Positions 45,882-55,426 of a stretch of 64,000 bases of DNA are shown here, in pieces. A model generated the notes under the pieces. That model had not been told where the DNA came from. It saw nothing but the letters and a program-made list of their open reading frames with translations, and searched no databases. The stretch is taken from contig CAYNAN010000005.1 in the NCBI GenBank assembly GCA_964395085.1, positions 143-64,142 of the forward strand. The letters are read 5' to 3'. Every line of letters starts with the position of its first letter. Positions within the stretch are counted from its first letter, which is position 1. The position numbers were made by a program, and so were the translations under genes. The DNA comes from an uncultured Synergistaceae bacterium (GTDB lineage Bacteria > Synergistota > Synergistia > Synergistales > Dethiosulfovibrionaceae).

Positions 45882-47077
45882 CTCGCAAAAATATCTTTGT
45901 AGTAGTCGTCCACCAGATGGCTACGGAAAACGACGTGTTCCGCCGGAGCTGCGGCGGTGAAATCGAAGTCGAAATAGCACTTTCCAGCCTTGAGCTGGTC
46001 CGGCGTATTTAAATCAGCATCGGCCCAACATCTGCCTCCTAATATGGCCCCTATAGCCGTAAGATGACGGAGATAGGCGTTAACTCCCTCCACGACGGCC
46101 TCGAAATAGGTCTTCGTCAAGTTCCGGTCCACCGCCCATAGGTGAGCCCTCTGGAGGCTGTCGTGGATGATGTCGGCAGTGCGGCGAACGCAGAGAAAAG
46201 CCCACTTAGGATCGCTGGACAAGGTCCGATTTCCCCACAGCCTGTATCCATCCTGCCGTATGATGGTGGTGACGTTTTTCTCGTTCAGCAGGTTAGCTCT
46301 GGCATTAGGATCCCCAAGGGAGAAGTCCACCGGCCTAGCCGTTCCCACTATGCCGTAGATCGGGTTATTGGAGGGACTCCACCAGAAACCTCGTTCGGCG
46401 TCGCTCTTGGCGATGATTCCCGCCACCCTGGCGGAGGACGGTTCATCCACGTATGCCCCACCCTTAAAGACAGTCACGAAGGGGTCCACAACGTATATCC
46501 TCGCCGTTCCGAAATCCCCTGCGTAAGAAAAGGCAGCTTCGTCGGTTGTATTGGGGCCGTCAGCAATAACCACAGCCCTCAGTCGATCCGCTATACCTTG
46601 AAGCTCTGCTACGACTGGGTTAGCCAAAAAGGTCCCAGGCGTATCTGAATCCTCGTAACGCTGGTGGGTGAATCCGGGGGCGCAAATGATTCGGGGCTGA
46701 TATCCAGTCTTGGACTCAGCCCCGAGCAATGCGTGTACTCCTTCAAATTGGCCTGTTGCAGCGTTTACTCCTCCGATGATGTTGGCCATTGTTTCCGTTT
46801 CGTTTCCCCCTTCGTTGACCCTCACGACGATCACAAGAGCTCCAGTCTGATCGAAGATCCCGTCGATCCCCATAGGGAGAGTCCCCTTCGTGCCCAGTTT
46901 TGCCGCCTCTTTTAAGCTTCCTGCTATCAGGACTGGCTTGTTTACAGGAAAGACATCAGGGTTCGCCTCTGGAGCGGTCCCTATCAGGCCTATAACAGCC
47001 GATCTTACCGTCCGTATAGGTCTTGTCCCATCCTCTATCTCTACTATTTCCACCCCATGTAGAAATTGTTCCGGCAT
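45878..47077 (-). CDS. Contractile tail sheath protein (FI-like)
   Basis: The 399-aa ORF has the N-terminus FLHGVEIVEIEDGTRPIRTVRSAVIGLIGTAP, typical of the FI sheath family. It has a 4-nt overlap with the tube gene. Confidence 0.92.
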   Translation of the reverse strand: MPEQFLHGVEIVEIEDGTRPIRTVRSAVIGLIGTAPEANPDVFPVNKPVLIAGSLKEAAKLGTKGTLPMGIDGIFDQTGALVIVVRVNEGGNETETMANIIGGVNAATGQFEGVHALLGAESKTGYQPRIICAPGFTHQRYEDSDTPGTFLANPVVAELQGIADRLRAVVIADGPNTTDEAAFSYAGDFGTARIYVVDPFVTVFKGGAYVDEPSSARVAGIIAKSDAERGFWWSPSNNPIYGIVGTARPVDFSLGDPNARANLLNEKNVTTIIRQDGYRLWGNRTLSSDPKWAFLCVRRTADIIHDSLQRAHLWAVDRNLTKTYFEAVVEGVNAYLRHLTAIGAILGGRCWADADLNTPDQLKAGKCYFDFDFTAAAPAEHVVFRSHLVDDYYKDIFAR

Positions 47078-47092
47078 TTAAATCTCCTCCTT

Positions 47093-47713
47093 CTACCACT
47101 CGATAGCCTCGACCATAGACACCGTCGTGGCGCACTCGATTCGTTCCATAAGCTCCGCCTCTCTATCAAAACTGGCCTGGACGTGATCGCGAACTGCATC
47201 TGCAACGGCTATTATCTGGGCCGATGAAACGGCGACGAACCCCTCCACGGTCTTCCAACGACACGTATATTCCGGATCCGACGTCGCTTTGAGAGTTGCA
47301 CCGGTTATCATTGACTGGGAATCCCTATCGGTCCTGATCGTCACTTTAGCGCCCCCCATTTGAATGGATACCCCTCCTATCTCCTGCTCGTATCTGGCGG
47401 CGGCGATATCGGAGGCCTTGGCATCCTTGGCAGCTTTAAGCTCCGCATTCATCTCCTCTGACGTCTTCTCGATCACAGAATAGGTGGCAACCGCATGATC
47501 TCCCTCAAGGACAACCTCGGGGTTTCCCAGTCTCTGGGTCTCTGAATCGTAATCGGGCCTGACCTCTTCAACAGGATAGAACCCCAAGGCCCTAAGCTCG
47601 TCGAGAGGAAGAGAGGATATAGACGTCAAACTCTGCCCGTCCTCCCTGTAGATGCGGAAGGGGAGAGACGAGATCAGTCGAACGTTGTTATTACGGATAT
47701 CTGCGTACATCAA
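47093..47713 (-). CDS. DUF4376-like tail-fibre-associated protein
   Basis: The 206-aa ORF has a C-terminal half (KASDIAAARYEQEIGGV...IIAVADAVRDHVQASFDREAEL) that resembles the DUF4376 domain found in fibre and fibre-assembly proteins. This assignment is from memory. Confidence 0.55.
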   Translation of the reverse strand: MMYADIRNNNVRLISSLPFRIYREDGQSLTSISSLPLDELRALGFYPVEEVRPDYDSETQRLGNPEVVLEGDHAVATYSVIEKTSEEMNAELKAAKDAKASDIAAARYEQEIGGVSIQMGGAKVTIRTDRDSQSMITGATLKATSDPEYTCRWKTVEGFVAVSSAQIIAVADAVRDHVQASFDREAELMERIECATTVSMVEAIEW

Positions 47714-47721
47714 AACACCTC

Positions 47722-48498
47722 CTATAGATTAGGCAGTATCTTCGTGAAACACAGTCCCGAAGAGTACCCCACCCCACCCAATCCCAAAAACAACAAGTTC
47801 GGAGGGTCAATGTGCCCAAGCTCATAGACAACACCATTTATAGTTAACTTACAAAGTCCATTATGGGCAGTGTAGTCAACCCGGAAGCAAAATTGGTCCG
47901 CACCGACATCTAAAATAAGTTTACCAGGATAATACGGTGGTGTAGGATTTACTACAGCAAAAAAGGCGCCCGGAGCACCAGAATACCCCCCACGAACCTC
48001 TAATCCATCAAAATCATCGTAATTATAGTCAAAGGTGGAAACGGGAATAGTTCCACGCATCAAACGAAACAAAGATCTCACATAATAAAGGGCCGAAGCG
48101 TCCAAGCGACTGCACTGTATAGTAGCCGACAAGGACTGCATCCCCTCAGGCAGGGGAATCTGTGCGCAGGCATTAAGGGCTGAACCATTGCTCCCACCCC
48201 CACGATTCAGAAGGATAGTCTCGTTAGTATCGTCAAAAGTGACAGAGATGTATCCACTTCCAGTCCCATAAATGGGAATCCCCTTGGACTTGAGGTGTTC
48301 ATACATCGACACCATCCTGCCGTCCGATAAAAGGATCGAGCTTTCAGCCAGGTTAGTCGCCCCTCCAAAACGGGCGGAGTAATCCCTGAGGTTGTAGAGT
48401 CTCTGAGACCCGTCGTCGGGTGGCAGATCCTCCAGATACTGACCGGGGAGCCCCGCATTTCGTATCAGGGCTCCCTTCATTCCGTTATTGACTATCAT
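47722..48498 (-). CDS. Hypothetical beta-rich protein (possible receptor-binding tip)
   Basis: I place the start at the ATG at 48496-48498 (MIVNNGMKGALIRN...). This forms a TGATG overlap with the upstream stop. The track start at 48639 would overlap the upstream gene by 142 nt. Confidence 0.6.
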   Translation of the reverse strand: MIVNNGMKGALIRNAGLPGQYLEDLPPDDGSQRLYNLRDYSARFGGATNLAESSILLSDGRMVSMYEHLKSKGIPIYGTGSGYISVTFDDTNETILLNRGGGSNGSALNACAQIPLPEGMQSLSATIQCSRLDASALYYVRSLFRLMRGTIPVSTFDYNYDDFDGLEVRGGYSGAPGAFFAVVNPTPPYYPGKLILDVGADQFCFRVDYTAHNGLCKLTINGVVYELGHIDPPNLLFLGLGGVGYSSGLCFTKILPNL

Positions 48499-48869
48499 CA
48501 GTAATCCTCCGCCAGAGAGATCATTATGTCCACCGAATCCTGGGCGCTGCACCGTGCCCGGAGGGAGTCGCCAGCTTGCAAAAGAAGCGGCGCATCCAGT
48601 AGGGAGATACTCATGTTGGTCAACATATGAAAATTCCACGCTAGGTGGGTAACGCTGTTACTTCCTTTGTCGTGCCACTCTATACTGAAGTCGCACGGAG
48701 CCTGTCCGTGATTGGACACATATATACTGGCCACCTCTGCCATGTGATTGTCGGGAACCACGTACACGCCCTCCATGTCGGTAGTAAGACCTCGTCTGGC
48801 GTTGGTGTACCTGTACCCTCCGTGCAGGACTTTTGACGGCCTAGGAGGATACATGCTGTTCATTCTCAT
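48498..48869 (-). CDS. Hypothetical phage protein
   Basis: The 123-aa ORF is co-oriented and translationally coupled to the next gene. I recognise no family. Confidence 0.55.
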   Translation of the reverse strand: MRMNSMYPPRPSKVLHGGYRYTNARRGLTTDMEGVYVVPDNHMAEVASIYVSNHGQAPCDFSIEWHDKGSNSVTHLAWNFHMLTNMSISLLDAPLLLQAGDSLRARCSAQDSVDIMISLAEDY

Positions 48870-48879
48870 ATCTCCACCT

Positions 48880-49509
48880 CTATTCCTTGGACTTCCGAAT
48901 CATGCCGAAAGCCGTCACAGAGACATCCTCCCTATCGGACCAGATCAGCAGAGATTCTCCCTCATCCAGAAAGAACCGCTCCTGTTTCTCTGTGTCCACA
49001 AAGGCCGACGGCGATATATATCCTGTGAACAGCTCAGCACCTTTTACCGCCGTCTCGTTCAACAGCATCGGCAAAGCCAGGTCCGTCATGTTCCCCACGT
49101 CGTCGTATGCAGTGACGTCCCCTTCAACATATACCGAACGAATACGGTCTTCCATATTATATCGATACACTCGATAACCTATAGCTCCCGCCACCGGGTC
49201 CCATGTAATCCTGTTGTAATGACCGGTGTCCAGAATCTCTCCATTGCCGACCCCAGCACTCATAGTAGGTTCGGTCTCTCCCGATTCCGTAACGGCGGAA
49301 ACACCGTAACGATATATGGTAGTTCCCGAACCGCTGACAGCTACGGCGACTCCTTCTGGAGGAGGCGTATATCCCTCCGAGACCACTAACCTCACGGCGG
49401 CATGATAGTCCTCCGACGGGTTGACTATCTTGGTGTAGAGCACGAACGCCGGACCGGTGGCCAACGTCGTCCAACGGTCGACGTTCAGCCGTTTCAATCC
49501 CCAAGCCAT
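48880..49509 (-). CDS. Hypothetical fibre-module protein with an FN3-like segment
   Basis: The 209-aa ORF contains the motif ITWDPVAGAIGYRVYRY, typical of fibronectin type III strands. Confidence 0.55.
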   Translation of the reverse strand: MAWGLKRLNVDRWTTLATGPAFVLYTKIVNPSEDYHAAVRLVVSEGYTPPPEGVAVAVSGSGTTIYRYGVSAVTESGETEPTMSAGVGNGEILDTGHYNRITWDPVAGAIGYRVYRYNMEDRIRSVYVEGDVTAYDDVGNMTDLALPMLLNETAVKGAELFTGYISPSAFVDTEKQERFFLDEGESLLIWSDREDVSVTAFGMIRKSKE

Positions 49510-49520
49510 TGCATCATCTC

Positions 49521-49784
49521 CTATCCCAGCGCCAGTATCAGAGCGATCACGTCTTCCTCGACGAGAGCGGCGTCAAGCTTAGCCTTATCCTCTTGGGACA
49601 TAAACCCTGCTTCGGCTGGCGTCGCCGCAGGATGACCGTTCGGATCGACGCAATGACTGTCAAACCGCCCGACATCCTTGTCTATGCCTGATATGGCATT
49701 CCTCAACCTATCGACGTCTTCCTCCAAATAGTTGTCCGGATGGGGCAACGGATAGTTCCTGTTAGGAGTCCTGTCATCACGCAT
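49521..49784 (-). CDS. Short tail-fibre-repeat protein
   Basis: The 87-aa ORF contains NYPLPHPDNYLEEDVDRLRNAISGID and ATPAEAGFMSQEDKAKLD. The second resembles the phage tail fibre repeat (xAGLMSAxDKxKLD). Confidence 0.6.
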   Translation of the reverse strand: MRDDRTPNRNYPLPHPDNYLEEDVDRLRNAISGIDKDVGRFDSHCVDPNGHPAATPAEAGFMSQEDKAKLDAALVEEDVIALILALG

Positions 49785-52700
49785 TCAGCACCACCCCGCT
49801 TATCTTCCGTATAAGTGGGCGGGCCGAGGTACTTCCGGTCAGCTCGATTTTTATCTTCGTCGTCGCGGCGTCACAGGGGACGAAACGATGACGGCGGATC
49901 CAGCCGCTCCCTATGGGATCCTCCTCTGAAATCTCTCCCAAAGTCCAGGAATCCACACCGGTCTGGACGTAGACCTTTACCGAAGCATCGGAAGGCACAA
50001 ACTCCTCGGTCGTAACCATAACTTTTTTATCCACTCCGCATCGAAACGCCCGGGATACATAATCTCCTACCTGCCGTATTTTCCCAGTTATCAACTGTGG
50101 ATCTCTTCCCAGAACGGGAGAAAACTTTTCGTCTCCGAACAGCTCGGCTTTCAAGGAGTACGAACCATCCAGGGGAGTGTCAAATGACAGAGGCTGTCCG
50201 GCCTGCATCCTGGCCGCCTCGTTTTCTCCCTTGGATACGACGAAGGTGACGTCCGTGGTCGGACCGGTGCACTGGACCTCCGCCAACGGAAGGATGTCGG
50301 TGACGCCGGTCAAATCGATCTCTCCGAGATTGATGGGCTCCGACTTCACGTCGAAAACGGCGGCCAAAAGACGAAAAGCCATATCCGCCCCCTGGTGGGG
50401 AGTCCATGTACTGGCGTTGGCCGACGAAAGCAGCACCCCGGCCTGATACCTCTGGGAGCGAACCCAGCCTGTCTCGGGATCCCAATCTCCGAGTTCTGCA
50501 ATTCCCACCTCGTGGTCCGCCGTATCGGTCATCACCACCAGCGAATACTCGACTCCGGCGGACAGATATACGGGATAGTCGAAGATAACCCGATTCCAGC
50601 TGTCGACGTTGAGATCTTCCGGCCTAACCGACCCCTTTATCACTGTGGTGCGAGTCGGGACCCCCAACTCGGTCTCTCTTATCTCGACTCGAAGCGGAGA
50701 CACCCCCTTCACTGCAAGCCATAGGTCCATTCCCATAACATGCCGCGCCTCCGAAAGTGTGAAGGTCTGAGCAAGAGGATCTGGGCCGGGAGGACGTGGA
50801 ACGTAGTACCTGATCGTCGTTCTGATGTTCCTGATACCTACGAATGTAGCTTCCCCTTTGGTATGAGTGCCTTGTAGCTGTACGAGTTTAGTCCCGGTCG
50901 GGATCCCCGGAGGAATCCGAATAGTTCCCTTGAATACGCCGGCATCGTCCGAGGTTTTAGTCGAACAAGGAAGCTCTATACCGTCGAAAATCACCTTGAC
51001 CGGCTCTCCATAACCGAATCCCTTGGCCTCTATATCCACGTCTATCTCCCTCAGCGTTCCCTCGGCATCCTCTTCTAGCCAGCTTTGAGTTGCGTTGCGC
51101 CAAGAGGAGAATGTCTTCGAGAAATACTCGGTCCATCGATCTACGGAGGGTTCCAGCACGACCTCCGCCGGAAGCGGCTCGAAGGCCATATATGGATTCA
51201 CCTTCATGGACTTGGTGTGCATAGGCTGATCTATGATCACCTCGGCCTGATGGGGCAATACTCTCTCGAACGGATTAGGAAGCCGAAAAGAACCAACGTC
51301 CATCGGGAGCTGTAGCATCTGATCGGCGATCCGAGCGGTCTGAGGCGTACCCTTGTCCCTCATGTCGTCGTCGAACAGGGGATCCACGAAGACCCCAAAA
51401 GCGGAGGAAGGAGCGGATAGCATGGCATCCACCCTCATGCGATCCTCCGCCGACAGGGAGTAAAGATCCCTGATTGACCTGCGCATCTCGACAAGGTCAT
51501 CCATCAGGACGGCCTGAGTGGCCACATTCTTGACCACCGGCAAACCCACCCAACTCTGTTCCACCGTCGCCAGACAGATAGCGTCAGGCGGAGTCTCCGG
51601 CAGCACAGGAGCGTACCTGTGAGGGGTTCCCTTCACCAAGGTCACGCTTCTATCACGGAACATCACGATGATGTCCCGACGAGGCATCCTGTAGGAATAA
51701 TCCAGTTCGACCAGAGATCCCTCGACGAGTCCGGAGAGCTTCACCCCGTCGGGGGTCACCTCTTCGGGGAGCACGTTCAAACGATAGTGGTAGGTCACGA
51801 CGTATTTGCTCCCGGGAGCCGGCTCCTCGCCCTCGAGCTCCCAATTGACCTTATTGGCGTCCAGACGGTAATCCGATCCATCGGTATAGAGTGTCTCGCC
51901 CTGCTTCACCGCCATAATTTTTATGACCGACGTATCGGGCAGGTCGTCGGAACAACCGGTATAGCTGCCGTGGGTAAGCTCTATCGTCTTTTCCTTTGTT
52001 ACCCTGACGGTTTTCACCGACTCGATAGGGGGCTGATGAACCGGCAAAACCATTACGCCACCGTCACCGGACACATACTGGTGGGCCTCCGAAGCGACGT
52101 CGTACAGATCGGGGTCCTCGTCCACCACCAGACGAACCGCATGGGTCAGCCTGGCCTCGTATCCGTGGATATGGGCCAGACCTTGGGCTATCGAATAGGT
52201 CTGTTTTGTTCCGTCGTCCGAGGGATCGGCGTTCGGGAGGGCCGTCACCCTAAGTCCCTCCACGACGTAATATCCGTGGCTGTCTCGATCGTATCGGGCC
52301 AGGGCGTCCAGGTAGTCCTGATTCTTCTCCTTGATGATCTGTGTTACGATCTCTCCTCCGGATACGGTGTAGATCGCATAGAACGGATATTCCAAGCCGT
52401 CGACGTTCAACCCCCATTCCGCGGTGGTGACTATCCGGTATCCACCGGGCATCCGGTACATAGGCATATTCTTGGCCGGATTGAGCAGGGTGCTGTCCTC
52501 GTGCTCCGTCACGACCCTGGACCTCTTCCATATACCGACCTGGACCGAGTCGTCTCCCGGTATGTTCAGAGTCGCAGGCTCCACCTCATGAACCAAACCG
52601 GCGATAAAGACCCTGCCTCCGGTCATGTGGGCCACCTTAAGATTGGCGTCCAGAGTTATCTCGCATCCCTCTATAACCGTTCCATCCACATACAGAGCGT

Positions 52701-52869
52701 TACCCAGAGACTTTATCTTTTCCTCCAGGATGTGCTGTATCTCGTTGGCCTCGGCCCCCTGCATGGCCCTACCGGAGATGATGGAGATGTAATCCCACTT
52801 CTTCGATATATCGAACCTGTTGTGGTAATCAGGGTGTTTGACCAAAGCCTTAAGTTCTTCGCTTTTCAT
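49777..52869 (-). CDS. Large (1030 aa) DUF4815-like baseplate/tail-fibre protein
   Basis: The N-terminus YHNRFDISKKWDYISIISGRAMQGAEANEIQHILEEK resembles the DUF4815 N-terminal signature (this assignment is from memory). It is the largest phage ORF and lies downstream of gpI and the tail-collar-like gene. Confidence 0.65.
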   Translation of the reverse strand: MKSEELKALVKHPDYHNRFDISKKWDYISIISGRAMQGAEANEIQHILEEKIKSLGNALYVDGTVIEGCEITLDANLKVAHMTGGRVFIAGLVHEVEPATLNIPGDDSVQVGIWKRSRVVTEHEDSTLLNPAKNMPMYRMPGGYRIVTTAEWGLNVDGLEYPFYAIYTVSGGEIVTQIIKEKNQDYLDALARYDRDSHGYYVVEGLRVTALPNADPSDDGTKQTYSIAQGLAHIHGYEARLTHAVRLVVDEDPDLYDVASEAHQYVSGDGGVMVLPVHQPPIESVKTVRVTKEKTIELTHGSYTGCSDDLPDTSVIKIMAVKQGETLYTDGSDYRLDANKVNWELEGEEPAPGSKYVVTYHYRLNVLPEEVTPDGVKLSGLVEGSLVELDYSYRMPRRDIIVMFRDRSVTLVKGTPHRYAPVLPETPPDAICLATVEQSWVGLPVVKNVATQAVLMDDLVEMRRSIRDLYSLSAEDRMRVDAMLSAPSSAFGVFVDPLFDDDMRDKGTPQTARIADQMLQLPMDVGSFRLPNPFERVLPHQAEVIIDQPMHTKSMKVNPYMAFEPLPAEVVLEPSVDRWTEYFSKTFSSWRNATQSWLEEDAEGTLREIDVDIEAKGFGYGEPVKVIFDGIELPCSTKTSDDAGVFKGTIRIPPGIPTGTKLVQLQGTHTKGEATFVGIRNIRTTIRYYVPRPPGPDPLAQTFTLSEARHVMGMDLWLAVKGVSPLRVEIRETELGVPTRTTVIKGSVRPEDLNVDSWNRVIFDYPVYLSAGVEYSLVVMTDTADHEVGIAELGDWDPETGWVRSQRYQAGVLLSSANASTWTPHQGADMAFRLLAAVFDVKSEPINLGEIDLTGVTDILPLAEVQCTGPTTDVTFVVSKGENEAARMQAGQPLSFDTPLDGSYSLKAELFGDEKFSPVLGRDPQLITGKIRQVGDYVSRAFRCGVDKKVMVTTEEFVPSDASVKVYVQTGVDSWTLGEISEEDPIGSGWIRRHRFVPCDAATTKIKIELTGSTSARPLIRKISGVVLNA

Positions 52870-52878
52870 ATCATCACC

Positions 52879-53358
52879 TCAAAACGAGAGCACTATCTCG
52901 TAGCTCCCCTTCTTTCTAGGGTTATAGGTGTCGGGATCCTCCAGATGCTCCAGCAAAAGCAGCTCACCGCGCTCCTCTATCTCGTCCGGAAGCAGGAAGC
53001 TTTTATTCTCCATGCCGTCAACTGCCTTGGTGTCGACGAACACGCCGATCTCCCGAACCTGGCCGCCTACCCCATCGTCGTAGTCGAAGGCAAAATCGAG
53101 ATACAGATGCCTGGTCGGACTCTCCGACATGGCATACCTTTTATCTCCCGGCAAAATCAACACGCCGTTATCGTCCGGCACGACAAAAAGCACCCTGGCC
53201 ACGGCCTTTCTGCCGATCTCGCCTATAAGCGACTTGGCATCGTAGTCCGGCTGAGGCAATATCTGCTCATCGCCTCCGTCTCCCAACGCCAGATGCAGGG
53301 GGCGACTTGCGACCAGGTCGGCCAGAACCGCACGGCCTGCATTGGTAAAAATGCTCAT
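52879..53358 (-). CDS. Tail-collar fibre N-terminal-domain-like protein
   Basis: The 159-aa ORF contains FTNAGRAVLADLVASRPLHLALGDGG...LIGEIGRKAV...VREIGVF. This resembles the N-terminal tail-collar domain (DUF3751-like) of P2 gpH-type fibres. Confidence 0.55.
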   Translation of the reverse strand: MSIFTNAGRAVLADLVASRPLHLALGDGGDEQILPQPDYDAKSLIGEIGRKAVARVLFVVPDDNGVLILPGDKRYAMSESPTRHLYLDFAFDYDDGVGGQVREIGVFVDTKAVDGMENKSFLLPDEIEERGELLLLEHLEDPDTYNPRKKGSYEIVLSF

Positions 53359-54213
53359 CTATTCGACCTCCTTGAATCCGATCTCGGCGGATCCAGCCAC
53401 CTCCGGAGATTTACGCCAGCTCTTGCCGGATCGCCAAGTTCTACGGGAAGACCATTTCGGCGATGGAAGATAATCGGGCCAACTAAAGAAAAGCCCCATA
53501 TCAACCTGGACGAATACGGCGTCCACCATTCCGACATGTCTACAGCCATCCCAGAACTCCCCGTCCCATACATCCGATCTGGAATAGCTCCCGGAAGCGG
53601 AGTTTCCCGTAGTGACGCCGAGCTCGGCGGTCTCGGCCAGGATACCGACGATAGGTTCCGACGCTGGCCAGTCGTACTCGTAGGACACGCCGTGGTCCCA
53701 GGTACACCAGTCCCACCGACATATGTGATCCTTCATATCCACGGGAGGGGGAGCGACGGTCAAAAAGATAAGGTGCGACCTCTCCGGCTTCGCCTTTATC
53801 AAAGCCTCCGTAAGGATCTCCTCTGTGTCCTTTCCAAGAAAGAACAGGTTGTTGGGATCTTCTTTGTAGTAGCCCGTAACGCTGAAGGTATGGGCCTTGG
53901 TCCCCAGCTCGAACCACTCTTTAACTGTGGCCTCGAAGCCTAGGTAATCCAGTATCTTCTTTACAGCCCAGATCGTCCCTTTCTTCCTATGCCACGTAAT
54001 GGCTCCCATTATCAGGTTGCGTTTCACATCGTCCGGTAAATTCTCGTGCCAGAAGTCGACCCGGAAAGACCAGGCCAACCAGGGTAAAAGATCGGCAGGG
54101 CACTTTCTAGGATTCCATATATCCCTCAGAGGAACAGGAAGGTCGGCGAATCTCTCGACCACGGCCTCCAGATCCCTCTCCTGCTTTTTCGAGTTACGAG
54201 GCAGCAGGCTCAT
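53359..54213 (-). CDS. Baseplate/tail protein I (gpI-like) with a W-rich C-terminal extension
   Basis: The 284-aa ORF has an N-terminal half (LLPRNS...LEAVVERF...IWNPRKCPADLLPWLAWSFRVDFW...KRNLI...HRKKGTIWAV) that matches the gpI family. About 100 extra C-terminal residues follow. Confidence 0.85.
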   Translation of the reverse strand: MSLLPRNSKKQERDLEAVVERFADLPVPLRDIWNPRKCPADLLPWLAWSFRVDFWHENLPDDVKRNLIMGAITWHRKKGTIWAVKKILDYLGFEATVKEWFELGTKAHTFSVTGYYKEDPNNLFFLGKDTEEILTEALIKAKPERSHLIFLTVAPPPVDMKDHICRWDWCTWDHGVSYEYDWPASEPIVGILAETAELGVTTGNSASGSYSRSDVWDGEFWDGCRHVGMVDAVFVQVDMGLFFSWPDYLPSPKWSSRRTWRSGKSWRKSPEVAGSAEIGFKEVE

Positions 54214-55082
54214 GATATGGTTATCTCCCGACAGTAAGACGCCTGAGTCTCCGTGACCTGAACGTCCTTTTGGGGCGAGAGGAGCCGGACCTTTTGAACG
54301 CCCCCCACGTGTAAAGCGGCATATATGCCGGACAGGGGCACAATTACGCCAATCTTACGTATCTCCTCCAGATAGCCTACGAGCCTCTTCCTAGCCTGAT
54401 CCCTAACGATTACGGGATCGGGACCTGCCCCTATGACAAGCTGGGCCTCAACATCGAAAGAAACTATCTCGGCGGCGTTGACCTCCACCTTATCGGTAAG
54501 GGGACGGACGTCTTCCGCCGACAGTACGGCATCCACCGCCGATAGGACATCTTCGTCCGGAACTCCTTCCCCGAAACGGTCCAAAACGGTTACGACCACC
54601 CTCCCGGGCTCCGGAGACGTGACCGACACGTCGGCGATGCTTCCGTGGGCGGACAGGGCGTGGTAGACGTAGCTCCCTCTGCTGCCCGCCGTGGTGTATC
54701 CCTCCATGGAAAGCTGTATCCTCCGACGGTAGTCTTCGTCGGGCTCCATGGTAGGTGGGACGGGAGGAACCCCGTCGGGATCCCCCAGGTCGATCACGTG
54801 TCTTTTCACGGCGTAGTTCGCCCCTATCTGATCCAGATCGCTGCCACCGGCGTAGGCCAGCATCACCGCACGGGCGGAATCGTTCACCCTCTGCCTAAGC
54901 AGCATCTCCCTGTAGGCGGCCACCTCCAGGATCTTGTAGGCCGGGTCCGATTCGACCAGGGCGGAAAAAGACGAATCGCGAACCCGAAGGTCCGCGATCA
55001 TCTCATCGAGAATAGTCTCGTAGTCTATGGACTCCACCACGTCCGGAGCCGGCAGCATCGATAAGTCTATAGGTTGCATCAC
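54210..55082 (-). CDS. Baseplate assembly protein J (gpJ-like)
   Basis: The 290-aa ORF has Baseplate_J-like sequence and overlaps gpW and gpI by 4 nt each. Confidence 0.88.
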   Translation of the reverse strand: MMQPIDLSMLPAPDVVESIDYETILDEMIADLRVRDSSFSALVESDPAYKILEVAAYREMLLRQRVNDSARAVMLAYAGGSDLDQIGANYAVKRHVIDLGDPDGVPPVPPTMEPDEDYRRRIQLSMEGYTTAGSRGSYVYHALSAHGSIADVSVTSPEPGRVVVTVLDRFGEGVPDEDVLSAVDAVLSAEDVRPLTDKVEVNAAEIVSFDVEAQLVIGAGPDPVIVRDQARKRLVGYLEEIRKIGVIVPLSGIYAALHVGGVQKVRLLSPQKDVQVTETQASYCREITIS

Positions 55083-55414
55083 TTCACCTCTATCCCCTCC
55101 ATACGGACCTCCCTACCGTCCGGCAGATAACGTCCCTCCAGGGTAACTACTATTTTGGCGGCGGATATTACAGCGCTCACCCGAGTCAGCACCAGCCGAG
55201 GCTCCCATTTAAGCAAGGCCTCCGCAGCGGCCATATATATCTCCATGACGGTCTCGTCCGAGTCGGGATGATCGACCAAATCGTACAGTCTTGAACCGTA
55301 ATCCCTCCTCATGACCCTGGATCCTATCGGCGTGGTCAGAATATCCACCACCGATTGACGCAGATGATCCAGCCCGTCCAGATGTTTCCCGTTATTTCCG
55401 TCTATCCCGATCAT
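55079..55414 (-). CDS. Baseplate protein W (GPW/gp25 family)
   Basis: The 111-aa ORF contains LRQSVVDILTTPIGSRVMRRDYGSRLYDLVD, which is typical of the gp25/gpW family. Confidence 0.9.
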   Translation of the reverse strand: MIGIDGNNGKHLDGLDHLRQSVVDILTTPIGSRVMRRDYGSRLYDLVDHPDSDETVMEIYMAAAEALLKWEPRLVLTRVSAVISAAKIVVTLEGRYLPDGREVRMEGIEVK

Positions 55415-55426
55415 ACCTAAAGACCT

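Noticed and set aside
47722-48639. A 305-aa version of the fibre-module ORF.
   Set aside because: It would overlap the upstream 123-aa gene by 142 nt. The internal ATG at 48498 gives a TGATG stop-start coupling instead.
49777-53358. A diversity-generating retroelement or an invertible fibre segment in the fibre module.
   Set aside because: No reverse transcriptase, template/variable repeat pair or invertase gene is visible anywhere in the window.
51619-53943. A 774-aa open reading frame on the plus strand spanning three phage genes.
   Set aside because: It lies entirely antisense to well-supported minus-strand genes (the DUF4815-like gene, the collar-like gene and gpI). Its composition is rich in R, L, G, V and H, has low information content and carries no recognisable motifs. 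It fits the shadow frame in which stops would require the rare sense codons TTA, CTA and TCA.
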